From the sequence record PV745554.1: a DNA stretch of 64,000 nucleotides; one strand, 5' to 3'. The translations under genes were made by a program, and so were the position numbers. Of the stretch, positions 8,113-16,396 are shown in pieces. The notes below the pieces were generated by a model. That model searched no databases, had not been told where the DNA came from, and saw only the letters and a list, made by a program, of their open reading frames with translations. How positions within the stretch are numbered: position 1 is the stretch's first letter; each line of letters starts with the position of its first letter.

Positions 8113-8694
8113 ATGTCGCAACGCTACCGCCTCGCGCCCGCCGCCCGCGTCTCCAAGGCGCTTTCGGACCTGCTTTATGCGGCGTCGGAAGTCGTCGCCA
8201 CGGCGGCGCAATATGAGACGACGCCCGCCGGTCAAACCAAGCTCGCCAAGATGCGCGGCGACCTGATCACCGAAAGCGCCGGCGCCCTCGTGCGCAAGCC
8301 GCCTAGCGCCGTCCTCGCAACCCTCGTTTGGGTTGTCGAAATGGCGCAAGCCCGCGCCACGGATGCGGATTTCAATTCCGCCCAAGAGGGGCTGGACGAA
8401 CACGACGCTCTAGCGTTCGTCGCCGATTGGCTGGAAGCCGAAGGCGTGGACGTGACCGTCATTCGCAACGCCGCGCCCTCGGCCGAAGCCTTGGCCGAAC
8501 TCGTCGCCCGCCGCGACGCCGAACAAGAGGCGCTGGACGCCCTGGAAGCCGTCCAGAGCCCCGAAGACCCCGCCGACGTGATCACCGACGCCTTGCGGGG
8601 CTATCTGGGCGCCACGCTGGCGGAAAACCACGCCGACGACGTGCTAGACGCCCTCACGCGCGCCGGCTTCCAAATCACCCGCAAGGAGGCCTAA
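8113..8694 (+). CDS. Early hypothetical protein
   Basis: AGGAAAGG RBS; 193 aa, helical and acidic. Confidence 0.78.
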   Translation: MSQRYRLAPAARVSKALSDLLYAASEVVATAAQYETTPAGQTKLAKMRGDLITESAGALVRKPPSAVLATLVWVVEMAQARATDADFNSAQEGLDEHDALAFVADWLEAEGVDVTVIRNAAPSAEALAELVARRDAEQEALDALEAVQSPEDPADVITDALRGYLGATLAENHADDVLDALTRAGFQITRKEA

Positions 8695-8699
8695 AGCCC

Positions 8700-9527
8700 A
8701 TGACCAAAGCCCGCCACGCCTTCGAGGCCGTCCGCGTCGAATCGGCCGGGGAGTCGATCCTTGATCGCTTCACCGTGACCAAGAAACGCACCGCCGAACA
8801 AGCCTATGACGCGGCCGAAGCCCTTTGCGAGGCCGCCCGCGCCCTCGCGCCGGGTCAAGCCCATTTCGTCCGCGAAGTAAACGCGCCGGGCGAAGAGACG
8901 CCCGCCCAAGCCCTGGACCTCGCCAGCGTCTCGACGGCCGACCTCATCGCCGAACTCTACCGCCGCCCGGTCGCCGTCTGTGTGTTCGAAGGCGTGGACG
9001 TGCTCGCCGAAGCGGGCGGCGCCTTCGATGACGCCGACGACGCCGCCCAATGGCTGGCCAGCAAGTCCAGCTATATCGGCGACGCGATGAGCGGCGCCGG
9101 CTGGGACTCGGTGCGCTATCACCTGACCGCCGACGGCCGCGCCACCGACGAGGGCGACGACGAGGAAGAGCCCGCCGACGCCCTCCCCGTCGCCGTGACC
9201 CTGGAGCAAGGCGACGCCGTCCGCGTGGTCGGGCGCTTCGCCACCGTGGGCGAAGCCGTCGATTTCCTGGCCTCTCCGATCCGCGATCAAGACGCCCTCG
9301 CCGCCGGCCGCTACGGGATCGACGCGCCGCACGGCGTGGCCAGCGACGCGGACGCCGTGACCCTGGCGAACAAGCTGGGCTTTCAAGTATTCCGCTCCAT
9401 GGGGTCGGTCTACTACGCCCCGCCCGGCGTGGCGGTTTCCGGCAACGCCGACGGCCGGGGCTGGAAAGGCGGTTTCGACGACATCGCCGCCGCCGCCCTC
9501 GCCGCCCTGGCCACCGTCGACCCCTAG
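8700..9527 (+). CDS. Early hypothetical protein
   Basis: AAGGAGG RBS; 275 aa, acidic. Confidence 0.78.
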   Translation: MTKARHAFEAVRVESAGESILDRFTVTKKRTAEQAYDAAEALCEAARALAPGQAHFVREVNAPGEETPAQALDLASVSTADLIAELYRRPVAVCVFEGVDVLAEAGGAFDDADDAAQWLASKSSYIGDAMSGAGWDSVRYHLTADGRATDEGDDEEEPADALPVAVTLEQGDAVRVVGRFATVGEAVDFLASPIRDQDALAAGRYGIDAPHGVASDADAVTLANKLGFQVFRSMGSVYYAPPGVAVSGNADGRGWKGGFDDIAAAALAALATVDP

Positions 9528-9714
9528 CCGCCTAAGTCATCATTCCTCGTCTATGACATGTCACGGGCTGAATACTTGGCCCGTGACGACTTCCCCTAGT
9601 AAAGCTCACGCCTGTTTTCGTGACATAGCGCAAGGAACTGAAATCGTTGGAAAAACTCCTAGAGGGTCACAAAGTTCTGGTTTGGCTGCTGCTGCTGGCG
9701 TGCCTCTGGCGCTT

Positions 9715-9750
9715 TTAACCCTTTGTTAAGACTTTACCCGCTAGGGTGAC
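9715..9750 (+). promoter_or_regulatory. Early promoter with perfect CtrA box
   Basis: TTAACCCTTTGTTAA at 9715-9729. Confidence 0.85.
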
Positions 9751-9802
9751 TTTGCGGCCGGGCAATCCCGCCCCGCCGCCTTCCTTCTCTGGAGCCGCTA
9801 CC

Positions 9803-10243
9803 ATGCAAACCGCTTCCGTGATTCTCCCCGCCCAAACCCTGGCCGGCGCCGACCTTGGCCCCGTGCTGATGGTCTTCGCCCTGGAACTGTCGCAGCACTT
9901 CGGCGACGTCGCCCAAGCCCCGACCGTCGAGCGCTGGACCGATGAGGCGACGGGCGCCGAATTCGTCGCCGACTGTGTGGCGTTCACGGTGTCGGCGGAC
10001 TGGACCGCCAAGGGCGGACGCATGGCGCGCCGCCTGGAGAACATGGCCGCCCGCTACGCCGCCCCGTGCGAGGCCCCGGCCCTGACCGTCCAGCACGCCG
10101 ACGGCTCAACCGTCTACGTCGCCGCCCTGGAGGCCCTGGCGCGCCCTGCCCCGGTGCAAGGCCCCTCGCGCATCGCAGACCCGGCTTTCCTGCCCCGCCA
10201 GCGTGAGGACAAGGCCGCCCGCTTCGAGCGCCTGACCGCCTAG
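9803..10243 (+). CDS. Early hypothetical protein
   Basis: TGGAG RBS; 146 aa. Confidence 0.75.
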   Translation: MQTASVILPAQTLAGADLGPVLMVFALELSQHFGDVAQAPTVERWTDEATGAEFVADCVAFTVSADWTAKGGRMARRLENMAARYAAPCEAPALTVQHADGSTVYVAALEALARPAPVQGPSRIADPAFLPRQREDKAARFERLTA

Positions 10244-10267
10244 GCCCTGGCCTAGCCTCTCCCCTTG

Positions 10268-10300
10268 GCGCACCGCCTCGCAAGCGGTGCGCTTTTCTTT
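10268..10300 (+). terminator. Rho-independent terminator
   Basis: GCGCACCGC-N7-GCGGTGCGC followed by TTTTCTTT. Confidence 0.8.
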
Positions 10301-10305
10301 GCGTA

Positions 10306-10339
10306 TTAACTTGTTGTTAAGAGTTTAGCTGATAGTGTC
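10306..10339 (+). promoter_or_regulatory. Early promoter with perfect CtrA box
   Basis: TTAACTTGTTGTTAA at 10306-10320, then ATAGTGT. Confidence 0.85.
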
Positions 10340-10388
10340 TCCTTGTTGGCGGCGCATCCCGCGCCGCTCCTCTCTTGGATCGCTCGAC

Positions 10389-10781
10389 ATGGCCCGCCCT
10401 TCTGACCTGCTCAACGTCAACGCCGCCCGCGTCCTGGCTTGCCTCGAAGCCCTGGCCGGCGTCGTCAAGACCGCCCCGGAAGCCGACCGCGCCGCCTTTT
10501 CCTTCCTGCTGGACGCGGCCGAATTCGTCGCCTCCTGGCGCCGCAACCATACGGAAACCGACCGTCGCCGCGCCTACGGTGCGGCGTGCGCGGCGCAAGC
10601 CCTGGCCCTGACCAATGCCTATCAGCCCGCGACCATGCAAGGCGGGGCGGTGCGCCGCGCCCTGGGCGCCTATGCCGCCGCCCTTAAGCTGCTGCTGGAC
10701 GGCGAGCCGGTGCAAGCCGTGCGCGCGGCCGAAGGCGCCGCCCAAAGCGTGCGCGGGCGCTTCGCTAACACCCGCATCTAG
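10389..10781 (+). CDS. Early Ala-rich hypothetical protein
   Basis: 130-aa ORF after promoter and leader. Confidence 0.72.
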   Translation: MARPSDLLNVNAARVLACLEALAGVVKTAPEADRAAFSFLLDAAEFVASWRRNHTETDRRRAYGAACAAQALALTNAYQPATMQGGAVRRALGAYAAALKLLLDGEPVQAVRAAEGAAQSVRGRFANTRI

Positions 10782-10822
10782 TAACCTTTTGTTAAGACCC
10801 CCTGGCCTATAGTCAGGGGGTC
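10781..10822 (+). promoter_or_regulatory. Early promoter (CtrA-box variant) with -10 inside an inverted repeat
   Basis: GTAACCTTTTGTTAA, then GACCCCCTG-gcctatagt-CAGGGGGTC. Confidence 0.75.
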
Positions 10823-10839
10823 GCAAGGAGACACCCGAC

Positions 10840-11031
10840 ATGACCCGCCCCGGCCCCGCCTCGCTCCTCTCGCCCGCCGCCACCTTCTCGGCGCATAACC
10901 TGACCCTTCCGGGCGCTCGCCCTATGCCCCTGCCCAAGGCGCAAGGCCTGACCTATGGCCAGTGCATCGCCCTGGGCGCGAGCCTGGGCTTGCTGGGCTT
11001 CCTCGCCTTGCGCGTGTTCGGTCTGGTCTGA
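10840..11031 (+). CDS. Small early membrane protein
   Basis: AAGGAG RBS; C-terminal hydrophobic helix. Confidence 0.62.
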   Translation: MTRPGPASLLSPAATFSAHNLTLPGARPMPLPKAQGLTYGQCIALGASLGLLGFLALRVFGLV

Positions 11032-11411
11032 CCAGACCCCCGGCGCCCCCGGTCGCCTCGCGGTAGGGCTGTCCCATATTGAGACGGCCCTACCGGGGTA
11101 GTGTTTCTTTTTGGGACGAGGGACCCAAAGGCCCCCTACGTTAACCATTTTTGGCGGCGCCCCCCGGCGCCTCAGGATAGCATTGAACTTTTCGGTTGAC
11201 ATAATCAGACCCTCAGGCGAAGAAGGGCGCGTTCAGGCCGAGCGGCGCCCCCCGACTAACCGCCGGTCCAGGCCCCATCCCTTCTCCCCACGTCCACGGG
11301 GCCAGGGGGTGGGGCCTTTTTATTTTCCGGCCGGGGGACCCACCGGGAAGGCGTTTTCAAAACCCAAACGCCAAATCGACCCTCAAAAAATTTCCAAAAT
11401 CATAAACCCGG

Positions 11412-11440
11412 TTGACAGAACCAGACTGGCTGCTAAGTGT
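11412..11440 (+). promoter_or_regulatory. sigma70-type promoter
   Basis: TTGACA at 11412 with a GCTAAGT -10-like element, upstream of the 11478 gene. Confidence 0.6.
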
Positions 11441-11477
11441 TGCTCCACGACACGCCAACGCAAGCCCAGGAGGCTCC

Positions 11478-12209
11478 ATGACCGACACCAACACCACCGC
11501 CCGCTTCGCCCCGTTTGACTGGCGCGGCTTCATCGCCTTCCCGGCCGATGTCGACCTTTCCAAGATCGTCCAGAGCGTCTACGCCCGCAGCCAACCGCGC
11601 GGTCTGGGCATGCTCCACTTCCAGGCCGGCCCGCTGGAAGCCGACCGCGTCGCCGGCGCCATCGCCCAGGCGGACGAGAAGTTCACCGCCGAGCAGGCCG
11701 GTCCGACCCTCGACTATTCGGGCGATCCCCGCGAGAGCAAGGCCACCTTCTTCGACTTCGACTATGTCGACGGCCGCTGCGTCAAGTTCCGCCTCTACCG
11801 CGACCTCAACACCGGCGCCTTCTACACCGACGTCGAATGGTACGACCACGTCTTCATCGACGTCCTGGCCCTGGTCGCCGACACCTTCGGCGTCAATGAT
11901 ACGCAGGCCACCCAGATCATCGCCGACACCGAACTCGCCAAGAAGGCCAAGGCCAAGGACGAGTTCGACGTCAAGGCCGCCAAGGCGATGCCGCTGCTGC
12001 GCCAAATCCGCCGCGATGGCCCCTTGCGCTTCCTGCGCGACAGCGACGAGTTCAAGGCCATCGCCGCCAAGCCGAGCATCGAGTTCGCCTACGACCTCGA
12101 CGGCGATCCGCTGCTGGCCACCAAGTACAACTACGACGACAACACCGTCACCTTCAACCTCGATGCCGGCGGCCACAAGCTGCTGGCCGACGACACCGTC
12201 TCGGCCTGA
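11478..12209 (+). CDS. Hypothetical protein
   Basis: AGGAGG RBS; 243 aa; strong GC3 bias. Confidence 0.8.
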   Translation: MTDTNTTARFAPFDWRGFIAFPADVDLSKIVQSVYARSQPRGLGMLHFQAGPLEADRVAGAIAQADEKFTAEQAGPTLDYSGDPRESKATFFDFDYVDGRCVKFRLYRDLNTGAFYTDVEWYDHVFIDVLALVADTFGVNDTQATQIIADTELAKKAKAKDEFDVKAAKAMPLLRQIRRDGPLRFLRDSDEFKAIAAKPSIEFAYDLDGDPLLATKYNYDDNTVTFNLDAGGHKLLADDTVSA

Positions 12210-12223
12210 TCGGAACCCGCCTC

Positions 12224-12982
12224 GTGACCACGACCGCCGCCGACCTGCTCTTCAGCGCTCCAGATCGCTACGCCGCCTACGCGGCGCGCGAGGCCCTGGC
12301 GATGGCTCTGCATCATCAGACGCAGATTTCGCACATCGCCAGCACGCCCTACATGCGCGCGTCGGGCGGCGGCGGTTCGCCCTGCCCCACCCTCTGGACG
12401 CAACTGGCGCCCGAGAAGCGCGAGGAGTACCGCCAGATGGCGGATCGCTCCGTCGCCGAGCAGGCCGGCGATTCCACCGCCCTGACCAAGCACCAGAAGC
12501 GTAATCTGGAGGCCTGGGAGCGCGAGATACTGGCCCTGGCCGAAGGCCACGATCCCGACGGCTATTTCGACGCCAAGGACGACCGCGCCGGCAAGACCAT
12601 CGCCCAGCACTTCAAGCAGGAAGTGGCCTACGACCACAAGCTGGACGATAGTGATCTCCTCCAGGCCTGGGAGACCGCCGACAAGCTCGGGCTCCACCTG
12701 CCCGTCTTCCCAACCGACTATTTCGATCCGATCGTGGTCGAGAAGGTCGCCCGCCGGCAGTTGACCGAGTGGGAGGCCTCGATCATGGCCTTCAAGGTCA
12801 GCGCCTCCGTTAGCTCCTGGCCGGACTACCGGTTTGGCGTGCCGTTTGAGTTTCGCTTCACCCCCGAGGACGTCCAGGCCCACGAGCGGCACCTCATCAC
12901 GCCCGGCGCCATGGTCATCTCGACGCCGGCCATGACCGACGCCGACAAGGTCCGCTATGCCGGCGCCTGGGGCAAGGTCTGA
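12224..12982 (+). CDS. Hypothetical protein (GTG start)
   Basis: 252 aa; coding-like bias. Confidence 0.75.
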   Translation: MTTTAADLLFSAPDRYAAYAAREALAMALHHQTQISHIASTPYMRASGGGGSPCPTLWTQLAPEKREEYRQMADRSVAEQAGDSTALTKHQKRNLEAWEREILALAEGHDPDGYFDAKDDRAGKTIAQHFKQEVAYDHKLDDSDLLQAWETADKLGLHLPVFPTDYFDPIVVEKVARRQLTEWEASIMAFKVSASVSSWPDYRFGVPFEFRFTPEDVQAHERHLITPGAMVISTPAMTDADKVRYAGAWGKV

Positions 12983-13065
12983 TGGATCGTCTCGACCGCG
13001 TCATTCTCGCCGCCTTCGTCATCACCCTCGGCTGTTTCGCCGTTCAAGCCTGGATTCTCATCTGA
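12982..13065 (+). CDS. 27-aa membrane peptide
   Basis: TGATG overlaps on both sides; MDRLDRVILAAFVITLGCFAVQAWILI. Confidence 0.6.
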   Translation: MDRLDRVILAAFVITLGCFAVQAWILI

Positions 13066-13640
13066 TGAACCGTCGCAATTTCCTGACCGCCATCCTCGCC
13101 ACGCCCTTCATCAGCGCGATCGCGCCGGGCGCCCTGGCGGCGGGCCACAAGACCATCGACCTGGGCGGTCAGCCGCTCAGCGTCTCCTTCCTGAAGGAGA
13201 TCAGCCGCGAGCAGGGCGCGCTCGTGATGAACAAGCGCATGCGCAACCTTTTGTCGGCGTCGTCGCGCAATCCCGCGACGGAAGGCCAGATGGTCTGGGA
13301 CAAGAACGAGTTCGGCCAGCGCATCATGAAGCTGGGCGACGTCCCGATCATCCCCACCGACTACACGGGCGGCCCGGTCGTCCAGCAGGTCATCGACTTC
13401 GAAGGCCCCGAGGACGACCTGCGCACGGAAATCCTCGTCCTGTCGCCCGAAGCGGCCAAGCTGGCGCTGTCCTGGGAGACCGATTGGTCCAACCGCGTTG
13501 ACGCGGCGGGCATGACGGACACCAACGAGGGTCCCTATGACTACCGGGGCATGCCGGACGTCGCGGGCATCAACCTGCTCAAGAGCCGCTCCGACGTCCT
13601 TGTCCTCAAGGGCGTTCCGAAGAAGGCTCTGATCGCCTGA
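13065..13640 (+). CDS. Tat-signal-fused paralog of the C-terminal half of the major capsid protein
   Basis: N-terminus MNRRNFLTAILATPFISAIAPGALA; LVMNKRMRNLLSASSRNP...VWDKNEFGQRIMKLGDVPIIPTDY...QQVIDF aligns with MCP LIMSKRMRNLLAQSANNP...TWDKDEFGMRVMRYADLPILVTDY...QQVIDF. Confidence 0.85.
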   Translation: MNRRNFLTAILATPFISAIAPGALAAGHKTIDLGGQPLSVSFLKEISREQGALVMNKRMRNLLSASSRNPATEGQMVWDKNEFGQRIMKLGDVPIIPTDYTGGPVVQQVIDFEGPEDDLRTEILVLSPEAAKLALSWETDWSNRVDAAGMTDTNEGPYDYRGMPDVAGINLLKSRSDVLVLKGVPKKALIA

Positions 13641-13918
13641 TGCGCTTCTTCGGCTTCCTCCTCACCGTGGCCCTGGTCACCCTGCCATTCGCCCTGGCGG
13701 CGTGCGGCGGCCCGATCGAGACCACCGACAGCGTCATCGCCACCACCAAGGAAGGCTGCGCGGTCCACAAGATCGTCCGCCGCCAGGGCATGCTCTCCGA
13801 AGAGGTCTTCACGACCATCTGCCCGAACGGCGCGGCCCGCACCGAGTGGGAGACCACGCGCATGATCGGCAAGACGGTGACCACCGAAAAGCACGCTGTC
13901 GACACCCCGGCCCGCTGA
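13640..13918 (+). CDS. Putative lipoprotein
   Basis: Signal peptide with lipobox LAA-C; TGATG coupling. Confidence 0.75.
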   Translation: MRFFGFLLTVALVTLPFALAACGGPIETTDSVIATTKEGCAVHKIVRRQGMLSEEVFTTICPNGAARTEWETTRMIGKTVTTEKHAVDTPAR

Positions 13919-14376
13919 TGCCCAACCTCCCCTCGCGCTACGATCACGAGCAGGTCATCGCCCTCTACGAGAGCGGCATGACCTTCATGGAGATCGCCGA
14001 CAAGATCGGTGGCCAGCACAACTCGCTGCGCACGATCGTCGCCAAGAAGGCACCGCACCTGCTGCGCCCGGCTGGCCCGCGCCCGAAGTTCGACCACGCC
14101 GAGGCCATCGACCTCTACATGAGCGGCGAGGAGAACTACGAGTCCCTGGCCCAGCGCTACGGCGTGTCGCGCTCGGCGGTCCAGCAGATCGTCAGCGGCA
14201 AGGCCAAGGGCCGCCGCCCATCCAAGCGTCGGCCCTCGCCGCGCGCCAAGATCAGGATCGACGAACTGCTCGCCCTCAAGGCCAAGGGCCTGCGCAACGC
14301 CGATCTGGCGCGCCACTTTGGCTGCTCGCCGGCCGCCATTTCCAACACCTTCAGGAAGCTGGAAGCCAAGGCATGA
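13918..14376 (+). CDS. Triple helix-turn-helix DNA-binding protein
   Basis: Three HTH-like repeats: EIADKIGGQHNSLRTIV, SLAQRYGVSRSAVQQIV, DLARHFGCSPAAISNTF. Confidence 0.8.
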   Translation: MPNLPSRYDHEQVIALYESGMTFMEIADKIGGQHNSLRTIVAKKAPHLLRPAGPRPKFDHAEAIDLYMSGEENYESLAQRYGVSRSAVQQIVSGKAKGRRPSKRRPSPRAKIRIDELLALKAKGLRNADLARHFGCSPAAISNTFRKLEAKA

Positions 14377-14567
14377 ACAGCGATTTCGAGCGCAGCGCGC
14401 AGATCGAGGTCATCGCCATCGGGCTCTACGAGAGCAAGGTGCGCGCCCTGGGTCCCGACAGCGCCAAATACTGGCCCTCCTGGGAGGGGCAAGTCCCCCT
14501 GGAGCGCGCCCGCTGGCGCCAGCAGGCCAAACGCATGATCCTCGAAAGCCGGGACCAGAAAATCTGA
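14373..14567 (+). CDS. Hypothetical protein (LYE...W helical family)
   Basis: ATGA overlap; resembles the next ORF. Confidence 0.7.
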   Translation: MNSDFERSAQIEVIAIGLYESKVRALGPDSAKYWPSWEGQVPLERARWRQQAKRMILESRDQKI

Positions 14568-14806
14568 TGACCGTCACCTGCCCCGCGTGCGCCGCCGTCT
14601 TTGACGGCCTGGACGAAGCCGTCTCCGTCGGCGAGATCGAACTCTTGGCGCTCGGGCTCTACGAGAGCCAGCAGCGCATGTTCGGGCATGATCTGGACCT
14701 GCCCCGCAAGTCCTGGTCCGAAGCGCGCCTGTCCACCCGTCAGACCTTCCGCGCCATGGCCATGAAGCTGATAGACGAGCACCTGGAAAACCGCGAGCCC
14801 GCATGA
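14567..14806 (+). CDS. Hypothetical protein (LYE...W helical family)
   Basis: EIELLALGLYESQQR matches QIEVIAIGLYESKVR of the previous ORF. Confidence 0.7.
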   Translation: MTVTCPACAAVFDGLDEAVSVGEIELLALGLYESQQRMFGHDLDLPRKSWSEARLSTRQTFRAMAMKLIDEHLENREPA

Positions 14807-15015
14807 CCGACCACGCCTACTATTTGCCGGCCCTGCGCCGGATGCGCAACGCCATCCACGAGATCAGGGATCAGGGGCTGCGCTCCTGGGCCGCCATCCA
14901 GTACAAGTTCGTGGAGTCGCGCCTGCGCGATCGGCGCTCTACCGAGGCCGACATCGCCGTGCTCGAACTGCACATGACCGATGAGGACCGCGCCCGGCGG
15001 CCGTTGGCGGCATGA
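14803..15015 (+). CDS. Hypothetical protein
   Basis: Coupled ORF; 70 aa. Confidence 0.65.
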   Translation: MTDHAYYLPALRRMRNAIHEIRDQGLRSWAAIQYKFVESRLRDRRSTEADIAVLELHMTDEDRARRPLAA

Positions 15016-15434
15016 ACATCTTCAAGCGCCTCCTTTACCGGATCGTCGGCGTCGCGCCGATCAGCGTCCCGAAGACCGCCGCCCTGGTCGCCGCCGTCTG
15101 GTGGGCGACCCGGATGGACGTCGACAAGGCCGTCGATCCCGGCACCAGCGACGAGGAGAAGCTGATCATCGTCGACACCTTCCAGGACGAGCTTTGCCGG
15201 CTGATCGACGGGCGGATGCGGCGCTTCAAGCACAAGACCTCCGTGCTCGTCCTCAGTTTCGACTACACGCCCGATCCGCTGCTGGGCGAGGCTCTGCGCA
15301 AGGCCGGCGTTTCCCGCAGCGTCTGGAGCGACCTGTGGCTTCCCAGAACCCGCATGACCCTCCAGCGCCATCAACTCAGCGTCAAGCCCGGCCTGGGCGA
15401 GCAGCGCTATATCATCCCCATCGGAGAATCCTGA
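15012..15434 (+). CDS. Hypothetical protein
   Basis: Coupled ORF; 140 aa. Confidence 0.72.
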   Translation: MNIFKRLLYRIVGVAPISVPKTAALVAAVWWATRMDVDKAVDPGTSDEEKLIIVDTFQDELCRLIDGRMRRFKHKTSVLVLSFDYTPDPLLGEALRKAGVSRSVWSDLWLPRTRMTLQRHQLSVKPGLGEQRYIIPIGES

Positions 15435-15436
15435 GC

Positions 15437-15724
15437 ATGGCCCTCTTCCGCAAGAAGCCCGTCGTCATCGAAGCCATCACCTTCGACGAACTGGTCGCCC
15501 ACGGCCTCGCTGCCGGCGGCAACGTCGTCAACGGCATGCCGTGGTCGTTCACCTACAAGGGCCAGCCAATCACCCACGAGAACGACGACACCTACCTGAT
15601 CCCGACCATGGAGGGCACCATGGCCTTCCGGCGTGGCGACATGCTGATCACCGGAGTCAAGGGTGAAATCTACCCCTGCGAGAAGTCCATCTTCGAGGCT
15701 ACCTATGAGCAAGTCCAAGCCTGA
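15437..15724 (+). CDS. Conserved phage protein (FRKKPVVIEA...IPTMEG...GVKGEIYPC family, PGDYG-like)
   Basis: Recognisable family motifs. Confidence 0.8.
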   Translation: MALFRKKPVVIEAITFDELVAHGLAAGGNVVNGMPWSFTYKGQPITHENDDTYLIPTMEGTMAFRRGDMLITGVKGEIYPCEKSIFEATYEQVQA

Positions 15725-15989
15725 TCTGGTCGCGGTCGGCGAGCGCCGGCACGAGACCTGTCGCTTTGGTCGCCTGACCGAGCAATGGGAAGTCGATCCG
15801 CGCACGGGCAAGGAGACGCCGGGCGCGGCCCCGCTCTGCACCTGGGAGCCGGAGGGCGACGTCCCGCCGGCCCACAAGCGGGTCTGGGGCGGGATCATCG
15901 AACTCGACCGCGACTGCGCCGTCTGCTTCGCCTATCGCGAGTTGCCGGCCGCGCGCTTTGTCATGCCGCCCAAGGATGCCGCCGCGTGA
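15705..15989 (+). CDS. Hypothetical protein with Cys motifs
   Basis: GAGG RBS; 94 aa. Confidence 0.65.
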   Translation: MSKSKPDLVAVGERRHETCRFGRLTEQWEVDPRTGKETPGAAPLCTWEPEGDVPPAHKRVWGGIIELDRDCAVCFAYRELPAARFVMPPKDAAA

Positions 15990-16396
15990 CCCACGAAGAC
16001 GCCGACATGTTCGAGGAGTTCTTCCCCGAGAACCGCCCGCCGGTCAAGTCGTGGGGCTTCTCCAAGCACCCGCGCTACCGCGCCCAGCGCGTGGGCTCGT
16101 CCGGCAGCAGCGCCCCGCCCTTCTTCGACTGGCGCGTCAGCCGGCGCCTGCCGCTGCCGTGGATCAACATCTACGTGCCGCTGCGCCTGTGGGTCGTCGA
16201 CAAGCCGGGCGAGACGCCCGTCAAGCGCTGGGCGCGCTACAACACCCCCGAGGGGGCCGAGAAGTTCATCGCCACCAAGCCGGCCTTCTTTCCGAAGAAA
16301 CCCATCGGCGTCCTCAACGACGTTCTCTACTTCAACGAGCAAGGCGCGGGCGTGATCCTCGGCGCCGCGAAGGTCCGCAAGGAGCGCCTCTATTGA
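15986..16396 (+). CDS. Hypothetical protein (GTG start)
   Basis: GTGA overlap; 136 aa. Confidence 0.68.
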   Translation: MTHEDADMFEEFFPENRPPVKSWGFSKHPRYRAQRVGSSGSSAPPFFDWRVSRRLPLPWINIYVPLRLWVVDKPGETPVKRWARYNTPEGAEKFIATKPAFFPKKPIGVLNDVLYFNEQGAGVILGAAKVRKERLY

